From NCBI RefSeq assembly GCF_009914755.1, contig NC_060948.1: a DNA stretch of 64,000 nt; one strand, given 5' to 3'. The notes beneath the pieces were generated by a model that was not told the origin of the DNA, made no database searches, and was given only the letters and a program-made list of their open reading frames with translations. The position numbers and the translations under genes were made by a program. Origin of the DNA: the human T2T-CHM13v2.0 reference genome, Homo sapiens. This document shows positions 1 to 13,589 of the stretch, piece by piece. Position 1 is the first letter of the stretch. Each line of letters starts with the position of its first letter.

Positions 1-376
1 CTATGATAATTATACAACTTGCTTGGGGGCTCACATTAAGAAAATTATATGCTGGTTTTGTTTTATTTCTTTATGTCATGACTAGGGAGAAAAATCAAAG
101 AAGTTTATAAGCACAGTATGTCTGGGTGAACAAAGCTTTGTGAATTCAGTAGTATGTCTGTGGAATGCATGAAAGCTGAGAACCATGTGGTAGTATACTT
201 AGAATGCCTTAGGGCTTAACATAGATACACTCCCCAGAGGTGTGGTTTTATGAATAAATCTTATTGTCCAGGCAGATTTCAAGTTTATCAGGGTGCAGTG
301 CAAGCCTCTGTGTTGCATGTTTTCTCAAAGATTAAGTTTCAAGGAAACTGCCATTTAAAAGTTTGAATGAAGATAG

Positions 377-415
377 ACACACATACACACACACATACAC
401 ACACACACACACACA
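377..415. repeat. (CA)n microsatellite, interrupted
   Basis: acacacatacacacacacatacacacacacacacacaca read directly. Confidence 0.9.
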
Positions 416-417
416 TG

Positions 418-852
418 ATTTAATCCCTGAACAACTCTAGGGTTAGGAGTGCCACCTTTCTGTGCAGTTGAAAATGTATATATACCTTTTACTCTTCAAA
501 AACTTAAGTACTAATAGTCTACTGTTGAATGAACTTCTTACTGATAACATCAACAGTCAATTAACACATATTTTATATGTTGGACATATCATACTGTATT
601 CTTAACAATAAAGTAAGCTAGAGAAAAGAAAATGTTATTAAGAAAATGTAAGGAAGATAATATATCTACTATTCATTAAGTGGAAGTTAATCATTTTTAA
701 GGTCTTCATCCTGGTCAACTTCACCTTCAGTAGGCTGAAGAGAAGAAAGAGGAGGGGTTTGTCTTGCTGTTTCAGAGGTGGCAAAGGAGGAAGGAAATCC
801 TCATGAAAGTGGATCCATGAAGTTTAAACCTATGTTGTTCAAGGGCCAATTA
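418..852. mobile_element. Tigger2a/MER28-like non-autonomous DNA transposon (TcMar-Tigger)
   Basis: Degenerate TIRs (atccctgaacaac ... gttgttcaagggccaat) and interior matching the recalled Tigger2a consensus (aataaagtaagctagagaaaagaaaatgttattaagaaaa; attcattaagtggaag); ~435 bp. Confidence 0.75.
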
Positions 853-927
853 TGTATGTATAGAGAGAGAGAGAAAGAAAGAGGGAGAGAAAGAGGGAGA
901 CAGACAGATATACAGAGATAGATAGAT

Positions 928-979
<52 letters not shown>

Positions 980-1108
980 TAGATAGATGATAGGTAGATA
1001 GGATGGGTGGGTGGATGGATGATGTATGTATGTATGTATGGATGGATAGATATGATTGATTGATGGATGTATAGATAGGTGAAAGAAAGAAAGGAAGAGA
1101 GAGATAGG
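853..1108. repeat. Compound STR with (GATA)13 core at 928-979, plus GA, GGAT and GTAT units
   Basis: Units counted directly. Confidence 0.95.
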
Positions 1109-1697
1109 CAACCTCAAGTCTTGAAATCATTTTAAAAGTGACCAGGAAGATCATATATCTTCTAGGATTAAAGAAGGAATATGATTTGTAAGTAATGTCT
1201 TGCAACTAAAAAGTTTAGATCACAAATTAGAACCTTGCCTTTGAGCCAAAACTAATAGGATAGAATTTAAATGTGATAAACATGGCATGCTTGTGTAATA
1301 CTAACATGCAATATGTTGAAGGTTAATCTGGTTGTCCTTCAAATTAAAACGGGTCAGGACTTGACATCATGAATATGAATATCACAGATGTCATGCTAGG
1401 TGCAGAAAAGGTGACTTTTGAACATTTCAAGTGGTCTTTGCCCTGGGTATTTCTTCCTCCTTTCTGTCTTTTTTGCATTCACATCAATTTTCTAAGTGTT
1501 CCCTGATTTCTTTTTGAATATTACCACATCTCTATTGCATGTAGTCCAGGGTGATAATAATCCCAATTTTTTTTGTCCCCCAGCCTAGGGTGAGCACATG
1601 CATATGACATCTTGGGGACATAACCCCTTCCACAAATTTAAATTTTGTTTAGAGGAGTGGAAGCCTTGGAGAGTATTGATCCTCTATACCATGATTG

Positions 1698-1833
1698 TTT
1701 TTATTATTTACTATTTTTATTTTTAGAGATGAGGTCTCACTACGTTACCCAGGCTGGACTCAAACTTCTGAGCACAAGCAATTCTCCTGCCTCCCAAAAT
1801 GCTGGGACTACAGGTGTGAGCCACCACATCCAG
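1698..1833 (-). mobile_element. Alu left monomer (FLAM-like)
   Basis: T-rich tail then agagatgaggtctcactacgttacccaggctgg ... gctgggactacaggtgtgagccaccac. Confidence 0.85.
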
Positions 1834-2206
1834 TCTCTCCAAGACATTCTAGCAGCTGAATCTTGCCTGACTAGACTCTTCCACATGGAGGCTTTCATTG
1901 TAGTTTCTGCTTTCTTACTCTTGAGTGACCATCCCCAAGCCCAATTTTGAAGCCTCCTACTAATCCTCAGACAGTCAGAAGTCCTTCCAAAAATGCACTC
2001 TTGCTTTTCTTACTAAACCAAAGCTCTTTCCTCCAACCAAAGAAGCTCCACTCTTATGAAAATCACAGTTCATGTAGACAACAATGTCCACAGGTTGAAG
2101 TTCTCTCTTAATACTGGAGGGAGTTTCATTTATTTGTCATTCTCTATGAATTTTGAGTGTTTATTCCACCTTAGGCATTACTCTGGCAGCTCTGGATACT
2201 ATAAAA

Positions 2207-2707
2207 CAACAGTCCCCAACCTTTTTGGCACCAGGGACCAGTATTAATGAAGACAATTTTTACATGGACCAGGGGTTTGGGGAATGGTTTCAGGATGATT
2301 CAAGCACATTACATGGATTGTGCACTGTATTTCTATTATCATTACATTGCAATATGTAATTAAATAATTATACAAGTCACCATAATGTAGAATCAGTGAG
2401 AACCCTGAGCTTGTTTTCCTGCAACTAGATATGCCCATCTAGGGGTAATGAGAGAATGACAGATCATCAGGCACTAGATTCTCATAAGGAGCACAGAATC
2501 TGGATCCCTCTCATGCACAGTTCACAACAGGGTTCACATTCCTATGAGAATCTAATGCTGCTGCTGATCTGACAAGAGGCAGCGCTCTGGTAGTAATGCA
2601 AGTGATGGAGTATGACTGTGAATACAGATGAAGCTTCACTCATTTGCCTGCTGCTCACTTCCTGCTATATGGCCTGGTTCCTAAGAGGCCACAGACCCAC
2701 TGGGACC
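2207..2707 (+). mobile_element. MER1A-like hAT-Charlie DNA transposon
   Basis: Starts cagtccccaacctttttggcaccagggacc; interior tagattctcataaggagc, cctatgagaatctaatgc, aatacagatgaagcttc. Confidence 0.85.
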
Positions 2708-2974
2708 TATGGAATAAAAGATACAGCAGATAAACACAGCTGCCTTCAAGGAAAAAGTGATCTTACATGCGGAAACAAGTCATCTTATTCATTTAAATTT
2801 TGATAACTTCAAGGAATAAAAACTAATTTTAAAGAAGTATCAGCTAAATCCCCTCTAAACTTCAATATTCTACTACAATGGGCACATGAAGCTACAATTA
2901 TCCCCAGTGTCTGGGGTTGTGGGGGGAATTTGTTCCAGGAACCCTGTGGATACAGAAGTCCATGTGTGGGGGCA

Positions 2975-3190
2975 GGCCAAGGCCCTTGGATCCCTAAAAG
3001 TTTGCTGAAAATCATGGATGTGAGACAGATTAATAGGATAAAAGGCATAAAAATGTATTTGAGTATATGTGGGATTCTTCAGAGTGAAGACCCAAAGATA
3101 CAGAGGAATTGTCCATTTTTATGCCTTGATTCAACAAAGTATGGACAGCTATGTAGAAATAGGATTGGACAAAAAGGGCCTGATCTAATT
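2975..3190 (-). mobile_element. ERV1 LTR fragment (MER39/MER34-group-like)
   Basis: gaagacccaaagatacagaggaattgtccatttttatg ... caacaaagtatggacagc resembles a recalled MER4-group LTR in antisense. Confidence 0.45.
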
Positions 3191-3939
3191 CTGGAAACAT
3201 TAAAGAATTTTTAAAAATGCCAAATTTGCAGTGTTCCCTACCTTCCATCATCTCCATGGGAAAAATTACTTAAATAAGAAAAAAGATTATTTTTCAGCAG
3301 GATACTTTTGTTGCCAATCACAGAGATTCCCTGAGAATAATCTGGTTGTCTCTCAAATTAAAAAGTGTCAGGACTTGACCTCATTGCCACAATTAATCAC
3401 AGCTGATTTTAATGTAATAAATTAGAAATAGGAACACTACAGTGTTTGTTAATGAAACAAAGTGACAATAGAAAGAACATACCAGAAGTAGTTCTTAAAA
3501 GTCCTTCTATGCTCTTCCTAGCTGTAGGGTCATTTTATAGCTGTGTACTTTTTAGCACTTTTTGTGTGTGTTTTAGAAACAATTTTATTTACTTCAAGTA
3601 AGTTCCATATATTCCACAGTCATTTTTTCTCAGAATTTTATACTTTGATAGTCATAATGCCATAATTTCTTTTTACCAAATTAATTTCAAACGAAATAGT
3701 CTTTTTCCTTATGACAAGATTTCAAAATTGATTTTTACCTGAGTATTTCAGTAAATCCACTTAAGGTCCTTAAGTAGTTTCAAGTAGGTTATGTGGGATG
3801 TTCAAACAGACAATAATGTTACCTACAATCATGGTTTATTTTTACTATCTCTTGCCAATAATTTTAATTATTGGCCACATTACCACATTAGGTAGCTCTT
3901 GTAGAATAAAATTGATGCAAATTGGGTATTCTTGATTAA

Positions 3940-5063
<1,124 letters not shown>

Positions 5064-5149
5064 GCATTTTAATTTATTTTTATGTTTTACTAATATACAG
5101 AGTTATTTAGGATATAGATCTGCTGTGTGTAGAACATGACCAACATCTG

Positions 5150-5280
5150 TTTGAACTCAGCTTCAACATCTGTAAAAATCATATGTTATCTACTGTATAG
5201 GTCTGCAATGAGAATGGAATGAAATAACAAGAAAAGCACTTTTCCAGTGTCTCATAAATATTAAGGGGTAAATAAATGAC
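5150..5280 (+). mobile_element. MIR remnant
   Basis: catctgtaaaaat ... gagaatggaatgaaataac ... taaataaatg resembles the MIR 3' half. Confidence 0.4.
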
Positions 5281-5448
5281 AATTATACTACTAAGGGGTG
5301 GTATACTTAATCAATTTTGAACATTATTACTTCATTCCCTGACTTGTATTGAGTTAGGTTTATATACTAAATGGAGATAATTTGCTCATGTGCTTCACTA
5401 TATTAATGTATTATCAAATGCTTTACAAACTTTTAAAGTTAGAGGAGG

Positions 5449-6088
5449 TTGGGCAAGGTGGTGCATGCCTGTAATCCCAGTGTTTCAGGAACACGAGGCA
5501 GAAGGAACACCTGAGCTCAGGAATTCCAGACCAGAGTGAGAAACAAAGTGAGGCCCCATCTCTAGAAAAAAATACAGAAGAAAACAGAAAATAAAATAAA
5601 AAATACCCAGTTGTGGTGGTGTTGGCCCATAGTCCCAGCTACTCAGGAGGCTGAGGCAGGAAGATTGCTTGAGCTCAGGAATTTGAGACCAGCCTGGGAA
5701 ACAAAGTGAGGCCCCAACTCTACAAAAAATAGAAAAAAAAAGAACAAAGGAAGGAAAGAAGGAAGGAAGGAAGGAAAGAATGGAGGGAGGGAGGGAGGGG
5801 AAGGAAGGAAGGGAAGAGAGGAAAGAAAGAAAGAAAAAGAAAGAAAGAAAGAAAGAGAGAGAGGGAGGGAGGGAGGGAAAGAAAGAAAAAGAAAGAAAGA
5901 AAGAAAGAGAAAGAAAGAAAGAAAGAGAGAGAGAAAGGAAGGGAGGGAGGGAGGGAGGGAAGGGAAGGGAAGGGAAGGGAAGGGAAAGAAAAGAAAGAAA
6001 GAAAGAGAGAGAGAAAGAGAGAAAGAAGAAAGAAGGAAAGAAAGAGAAGGAAGGAAGGAAGGGAGGAAGGAAGGAAGGAAGGAAGGAA

Positions 6089-6142
<54 letters not shown>

Positions 6143-6340
6143 GAAAGAAAGAAAGAAAGAGAAAGAGAGAAAGATTAGCTAGGTATGGTGGCTCAGGCCT
6201 GTATTCCCAGCTACTCAGGAAGCTGAGGCGATAGAATTGCTTGAACTTGCGAGGTCAAGGCTTCAGTGAGCCATGATTGTGCCACTTGCACTCCGCCTGG
6301 GCAACAGAGAAAGACTCTCTTTAAAAAAATAAAATATAGA
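5449..6340 (+). mobile_element. Three-monomer AluJ-like element with expanded purine linker
   Basis: Left monomer 5449-5575, hybrid right/left monomer 5605-5730, purine tract, right monomer 6175-6330. Confidence 0.85.
5731..6174. repeat. Polypurine compound STR (GGAA/GAAA/GGGA/GA)
   Basis: 5782-6174 contains only A and G. Confidence 0.95.
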
Positions 6341-6482
6341 AGAAGAAACGAAAAACAAAAGTTAGAACAAATCCTCACAGCCAGGAAGCCACTCATTTTG
6401 TATTATTTTTAATATAATGGGAAAATGATTGACTTTTAATATTTTAGTTTTTTTATGTACAGTTATAACTTACATTAACCTG

Positions 6483-6790
6483 TTTATTTTGTGCTGCTAC
6501 ACTTGTATATGTAAACTGTATATAATATAAATTACATACATATAAATTGTATCCATTTTAACATTGCATTTCTTATTTCCTACATATAGTCATAATTTAG
6601 AGTGATTGGTTTTATTGTGTACTACATTTATATGTATTACATTATATAACTTATATATTTCATATAGATGAATTTTATAAATTTAACATTTCAGTTTTAA
6701 TTTATTATATTTATTATTTAGATTGATCTAAATTTTATTTGGTGCTACATTTCTATATATATTAATCATATATAAGCTATGCACATACTT
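6483..6790. repeat. Degenerate ~124-bp tandem repeat, ~2.5 copies
   Basis: ctaca motifs at 6497, 6622 and 6745; tttaacatt at 6557 and 6682; tttaga(g/t)tgat at 6596 and 6717. Confidence 0.5.
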
Positions 6791-7319
6791 TTGTAAAAGT
6801 GTTATTACTTTGGCATTTCATTACATCTTTTATTTCAGCAGTATTTGATATGTATCAATTTTGACTCATTGAATATGTCTTTTTCATTATTCATCCTAAG
6901 TTCTGCTTCATTTTTCTTTATTTCTATATATATATTTTATTCTTTTTAAAAACAATGAATATATTATCAATTTATTTATCTGTGAGGAATTTTATATCCT
7001 AAAATGGGTGTTTGCCACATTTGCACCTGGAACCCTTACCAGATATAACAAATGAGTTCACAGATATTATTCCTCAATAGCTATCTCTATATTGTGTTAT
7101 TGTTTGCCTGCATTTTGTGTCACAAAAGGGAAGGCAACCTGTCCACACCCACACCACTCTTCATACCCTGGTATAATATTTTTCATTGCAAATGCAATTT
7201 AAGAGTTATGCCTGAGTGTGCTTAGGCAAAGGTGACATCTCCCCTGTGTAAATGGCAATGATAGCTGTGATATTTGTTTGTGTGTGTGTGTATGTGTTTG
7301 TATGTTTTGCTTGTGATAG

Positions 7320-7396
7320 TTGAAACTTGGCTAGGGCAAATATAGTTGAATATACATATGGAGGATTCTCCTTTGCAGACCATTATAAATGAGTGT
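7320..7396 (+). repeat. 77-bp unique sequence duplicated at 9392-9468
   Basis: Ungapped alignment, 67/77 identical. Confidence 0.9.
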
Positions 7397-7940
7397 GACT
7401 GTTGTGTTCTTTCACATTCACACATATACAGAAATGGATGAAAAGAAGACTGGCCATTCTAATATTGAAAACTCCTGTGGAAAGACTTTTTGTTTCAGAT
7501 ATGAAATCAATATGAGTAATTTTGGGGCTTGTAAAAACTCTCTGATCATTGACATGTTTTAATGGTTTTCATTAGCAAATAGCACCAACATATTGAACCT
7601 GAGATTTTACCACCATTTCAGAGGTAATAGGATTAAAAACAGACACCAAGAATAAATTTTTCTTGGTTGAATGCGTAAGAGCTATGGGTGGAAAAACATT
7701 AATAAACTTTAATAAAATAGACTAAAGGTCAGCAGACATGCAGTAATGATAAATATGTCCTTTGTTGAGATGTTGCCTTAGGGTCAAAATAAATCCTGAA
7801 ACAGTAAGATCAGGATAAGCTATTTACGGTACATTTGAATCCAGCCTCTTTACAGAGAAAACAAGTGATAATAACATTTTTGCATTCTAGTTTAGAAGAT
7901 TGGGAAAGAGAAAATGCTTATTTCTGTATTTCCCCCTTGG

Positions 7941-8442
7941 TAAATATAAATCATTCTATTATAAAGACACATGCACACATATGTTCATTGCAACACTGTT
8001 CACAATAGCAAAGACATGGAATCAAGCTGCTCATCAATGATTGTGTGTAAAGAAAATGTGGTACATATACACCATGATACTATGGCAGCTGTAAAAAATA
8101 ATAAAATCATGTCCTTTGTAGGAACATGGATGGAGCTGGGGGCCATTGTCTTTAGCAAACTAATATAGAAGCAGAGAACCAAATAATACCACAAGTTCTC
8201 ACTTTTAAGTGAAAGCTAAATAATGAGAACACATGAACAACAACTATGTAGAGGGAAATAACACAGACTGGGGACGAATGGAGCATGGAGGGTGAGAGGA
8301 GGGAGAGGATCAGGAAAAATAATTAATGGGTACTAGGCTTCATAATTGGGTGATGAAATAATCTGTACAACAAACCCCCATGACACAGGTTTCCCTATAT
8401 AACAAACCTGCACATGTATCTCTGAACCTAAAAGTTAAAAAA
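7941..8442 (+). mobile_element. 5'-truncated LINE-1 (L1PA13-16-like)
   Basis: 3'UTR gaggatcaggaaaaataa ... tgatgaaataatctgtacaacaaacccccatgacac; TSD tatttcccccttg (7927-7939) / tattttccccttg (8443-8455). Confidence 0.9.
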
Positions 8443-9363
8443 TATTTTCCCCTTGCTCAAACAACCCAGTAAATAACTCATTTATTGCAATGGCTGATGT
8501 TAATAAAACAGCTTCATTCCCTTGAAAGATGCAGGCAGACTAAATGGATGGGAGATGGGCCAGTTGCCCAGAAATTGATCCACAGTACACCAACTTGAGT
8601 CTATTTCGATTACAGAAAAAATCAAACATGGCCAAAGTTGCATTATTCCAAAGTGTATTCTAATAGCAAAATAAGGTGGTGGGAGAGCAGGATGAATGTG
8701 ATAATTCAGAAAGAAACATTTTATCATCATGCAGTCATTAATTATGATCACCAAAATCTTTTCTGAACATCTGCTTCCAATTCAGTGCCCAATTTATAGC
8801 TTAAGCCAAAAATTGTATAACCAGAGTGGGCTGCTTGGTTTGGTTTGTACACATAAGCCTTCTGGAAAATATTTTAAAAACTCTTGAAAGCTTGGGCAAA
8901 TTTTGTAGGGAAGAGGTAAGGGCTATTAAAAATTAAATTCTACCTTTTAACCAAAACAAACTTCTTCCATCATCTTATCAGTGTCTGTGGGCCAGGAGCT
9001 TTTTACATAATTTGGCTTGTTTCAGGAAGGATGAGTTAGACTTGTTTTTTGTCTAAAAGTAAGCGTACTGTTTTTGTTTCACATCTATATTTTTTTTTAA
9101 AGAAAAATAACTTTTGGCTTGTATGTTACGGAAATCTGATCTCTAACATGTGGTTCATAAAGGAGGACACTTCAATTGTTTAATAATATATGTCACAGTG
9201 AACTCATACAAGGATCTATTTGAAAACACCCCTGATACTGTATGTGTGGAGTGTGCTGGTGTTTTTGGATGGAAGCAATGCCAGAGGTATTTTATCTACC
9301 AGTATGGGGAAAACACTGATCTAAAACCAGGCAGACTGAAGGCATACTTTCTCACAGCATTTT

Positions 9364-9489
9364 AAAGGTACACAATTTTTAATGTATACTTTTGAAACTT
9401 GGCTAGGGAAAATAAAGTTGAAGATATGTATGAAGGATTATCCTTTGCAGAATATAATAAATGAGTGTAAAAGGTACACATTTTATAAT
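9364..9489 (+). repeat. Inserted copy of 7320-7396 flanked by a 20-bp direct repeat
   Basis: aaaggtacacaatttttaat (9364-9383) and aaaggtacacattttataat (9470-9489), 18/20 identical. Confidence 0.85.
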
Positions 9490-10780
9490 AAATTATTTGT
9501 TTTAATGTTTTCAAATTTTCTCACATACAGCATCTTGCACTATTATCTCGTGCACATGTTGACCACACGTTGAAGAATTATGACATCCTAATAAGAAAGA
9601 AAGCAGTGAGCAAAGATAGACACTCACTTAGCTATCTAGAGTTTTATTATCCATTCTTATGATCAGACCATGTTAAAAGATGTCTTCCACACCTATATAT
9701 TAACAATCATTTTCTAAAATAATATATTTCCATATTTGCAATGGAAAGCTATTGCAAAGGTATAGAGACAATCTGCACCCACTCTATAGCTCTATGGTTT
9801 CTATTTTTACTTTCTTTTCCACTCTCCCTGTTTTTAACATACCAACTCCTGGAAATATTAATTCTTCATAATCAAAAAAAGTTTAAGCACATAGAATTAA
9901 TGCATATGCTTAAGATTAGAGATTTTCTAGATAAGAGTTCTAGCTATTTAGCAAAGTATGATGTTATCATATTTTTATAAGATAGAGATTAAAATGGCCA
10001 ACCTGAGTGTAACAAAACATATCACAAATAGATTCTCTTATGTCTAACAGGTGGTCCAGCTGCAGATAGTCTTCTGCACATTAAAGGTGATGTATTTAGA
10101 ATGTTAATCTTTCCATGTAAAGTCTCAAACCTGTTTCAGGAACATGGACAGGGATCATTTTCAGCTTCAAGAATAAAATGTATGATAAAATATCTGTTAA
10201 TTTCCATAATTCATCATACTGGAGGGTTATTGTGTTTCCATAACTGATTATACTATGAAGCCACAAGAGAATGGTTTCCAGTGTTTAAATGTTAACTATT
10301 GGAAAAGCAGAATGCTGTCACTAAGAATGGGTTAAAAAATGATCCCCAGACAACAATAATCTTTAGGTGCTTCACTAATAATTTGACTACGTGAACTGAC
10401 ATTTTGATGTTAAGAAAAATAGGAAGCTAGCATTATTTTCATACTCTGCAGATCAGTGATGCCTTCTTGACATGTCAAAACCTTAACCACTGGTGGTAAA
10501 GTGATTATTGATGATTGATGATTGATCAGAAACTTCCTGGGGAGATATATCATGGGTGATGAGATCATTTGTCCTTCAATGATGTTTCTTTGAATAAGTG
10601 GCTTTTATTAAAAAGCTCAAGATGATAAGCCTTTTCATAATTCTCAGGACAACCAGTTTCATTGAAAATTGATAGACCTTGTTTGGTATTCATGATGTTA
10701 TTATTATTTACTACTAAAGAGTAGTTTTAGCCTCACAGCAAAAATTGAGTGGAAAATACAAAGATTTCTCACATATGGCT

Positions 10781-10970
10781 TATTTTGTTTTGTTATTGTT
10801 TTGAGACAGGTCTCACTACCACTCACGCTGCAGTGCAGTGGCACAATCACGGTTCACAGCAGCCTCTACCTCCCGGCCTCAGGTGATCCTCCTGCCTCAG
10901 CCTCCCAAGTAGTTAGGACTACAGGTACATGCCACCACGCTTAGCTGATTATTATTATTATTATTATTAC

Positions 10971-11004
<34 letters not shown>

Positions 11005-11125
11005 TGGAGAGACAGGGTTTTGCCTTATTGGCCATGGCTGGTCTGGAACTCCTGGGCTGTAGCCATCCACCCCTCCCAATCTCCCAAAGTTCTTAGATTA
11101 CAGGCATGAGGTACCCTGTCTGGCC
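10781..11125 (-). mobile_element. AluJ-like element with (ATT)7 ACT (ATT)11 in the linker (10948-11004)
   Basis: Both monomers recognisable in antisense; STR units counted. Confidence 0.9.
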
Positions 11126-11196
11126 ACCTATACCTCTCTTAACCCCGTATATGTGCAACCTCCTTCATTGTCAACATCTCCCACCAGAGTGGTACA

Positions 11197-11472
11197 TTTT
11201 TTTTTCTTTTTTTGAGACAGATTCTCACTCTGTTGCCAGGCTGGAGTTCACTATCGCAGCTCACTTCCATCTCCACCTCCTGGCTTCAACTGATTCTCCT
11301 GCCTCAGCCTCCCAAGTAGGTGGGATTATAGGTGTGCCCCACCACAACTGGCTAATTTTTGTATTTTTAGTAGGGACAGAGTTTCACCATGTTGGCCAGG
11401 ATGGTCTCAATTTCCTGACCTCGTGATCAAAAGTCCTCAGCCTCCCTAAGTGCTAGGATTACACACCCAGCC
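11197..11472 (-). mobile_element. AluS-like element
   Basis: Perfect 15-bp TSD ccagagtggtacatt at 11184-11198 and 11473-11487. Confidence 0.9.
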
Positions 11473-13589
11473 CCAGAGTGGTACATTATTTACAACTGAT
11501 GGGCCCACATGGGAACATCATTATTATCTAAAGTCCATAGTAGTTTATAGTAGGATTCATTATTAGTGTTGCACATTCTGTAGGTTTGGATAGATGTAAA
11601 ATTGCATGTACTCTTCATTATAGCATGACACAGAATAGTTTCACTGCCCTAAAAATCCTGCTATCCACCTATTCATCCCTTCCTCCTGCCAATTCCTGGG
11701 AAGCACAGATCATTTTACTATCTTCATAGTTCTCCAGAATGTTCCTATACAGTATGCAGCCTTTTCAGAGTGGCTTCCTTTATTAGTAATATGCATTTTA
11801 GTTTCTTTTGTGTCTCTTAAGGCTTTGTAGCTCATTTCTTTTTGGTGTTGTATTCCATTGTTGGATGCACTAGTTTGTCTATGAATTTACTTTTTGAAGG
11901 ACATTGAGGATGCAAATTCCATTTTAAGGTAGATAAAATTTGCACTATATTCCCTGGAGCTTGTGTACGCTTGCCTATTCCTTCTTTCATTGTTCTGCTG
12001 CTCAGAAAAATTTGAAACTCATAATGATCTTTTGGTTTCCTTTCCTGGTTATAAAGATATAAATCTGAAGCTTAAAAAAAGAGGCTGTTTTTAGCCATCT
12101 TAATAATGAGTGTTCAATGATGTCAGTCAACTGTGATTCAAGACCTGAGTAAATTCTCAGTTCTTATGAGGAGTCTGCTGTTCAGCACATTAGAATCTCT
12201 TCAAAAGAGTGAGAATTACAGTTATGCAGCTTTGAAAAGGAAATCAGTTAGGTATTATTATCATTATTGAATGCTTTACAGATTGTCCTTGATGACGTGA
12301 TTTTTGTCCATGCCTCAAAGAGTAAACTGTTAAGCAGGGACAAAATATAGTCTGTATGAATGGAAACCTATGATTAGCAATTCTGAATTTTTATGCCAAT
12401 TTTAGAAATGTCTGCTAAGGAAGAAAATGGACTTAAGTTAGCACCAGTAGCACGGAAGTGGCTTTCTCAATTGCCAAGCTTTGGGAATAGAAAAATACAT
12501 AACACAGAGATAAAAATATTTATGTATATTCATAAAACAATGGAGGTGCTGTCATCATTCACAGCCACAGGAAAAGGTTAGCAGCTCAAGCAGAATAAGT
12601 AAGAAAAGAGCATTATAGCCAGTCCCGGCTTAATGAATGTAAGAGATGAAGCTACTCAATCATAATATTTGACCGCTATACCTGGATTCCCTATATTAAA
12701 AAGGCATTTATCTAATGATCCATTTTAGACTATTAGACTATTTAGAAACTGAGAATGGTGTTGTTGATGGAAAGAAGATGAAAAAATATCTAAGAAGCAG
12801 TATTTCCTCACTGTAATAAACCTCAATGAAGGATCGATCTTACAAAGAAAATTGTTAGTTTTGCATTTTGCACCACGCTGTCAAGTTCAGCTATAGGCAG
12901 GATAATTTAGCCAAATATCCAGCACTCAAAGTTAATGAACTCAGAACATTTTTTCTTTTATCAAGTGATTTTCACGCAAATAACCGTTTGGTGATTAAAA
13001 GAAAATTTTTTATTATTAAACACATGAGGGAATTATTCTGAGAAAATCCGTTACACAATTGATACCTTACTCTAGAATGTATCAATATGTCTGATTAAAA
13101 TAATCGGTTGAAATTATTAAAATAATTTTGTTCTTTTTCTACCACCATGGGGAAGAGAGAACAGATTTTATCAACCAAACTAGTTCATGAGATCTGTAGC
13201 TTTTGTTGGACTATTAAGTGATCCTGAGGAACATATTAAGTCCAGAATGTTTTTGCAGCAACACTCTTCAAGTAATAAAAAAAGAGAAAGGGAGGCGGTA
13301 AAATACAAGGAAGGGTAAAAATTAGACATCTAGAATTAGGCTAACAATTTTGAACAGTGCTTGTGTTTGAGTATCTGTTGTTTGATGCCTACATACAGGT
13401 TAAACATCGAATTTTTGGAGGCTGTGTTTGAAACACATGCAAATCTGCAGCAATGCACAGAAACAACTATCCACTGTCAGGTCTAAATGAGAACCCTTCT
13501 AGTGGCATCAGCTAAAAATATGAAATAACTACTCCCATTATGCTCATGTACTTGATGTAAGACTGTGAACCTTCTTGGATATTATATAT

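Larger units (their letters stand above)
10700..11915 (-). mobile_element. Old LINE-1 3' end (L1MC1/2-like), split by two Alus
   Basis: tcacagcaaaaattgag ... ccaccagagtggtacat ... aaagtccatag ... ttcactgccctaaaaatcc ... gccttttcagagtggcttc. Confidence 0.8.

Noticed and set aside
928-979. Assignment of STRs to named forensic markers
   Set aside because: The flanks do not match any primer I can recall with confidence.
801-1205. SIYL-repeat ORFs
   Set aside because: Translation of the (GATA)n array.
5780-6178. 132-aa E/R/K/G-rich ORF
   Set aside because: A pure-purine STR cannot contain stop codons, so the ORF is an artefact.
11106-11426. Alu-derived ORFs (also 1645-1950, 21566-21949, 41317-41625)
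   Set aside because: Typical antisense-Alu translations, not genes.
11920-13580. Repeat-free unique segment as a possible exon or enhancer (also 8460-10690)
   Set aside because: No credible ORF, splice pair or motif cluster; this needs conservation data I do not have.
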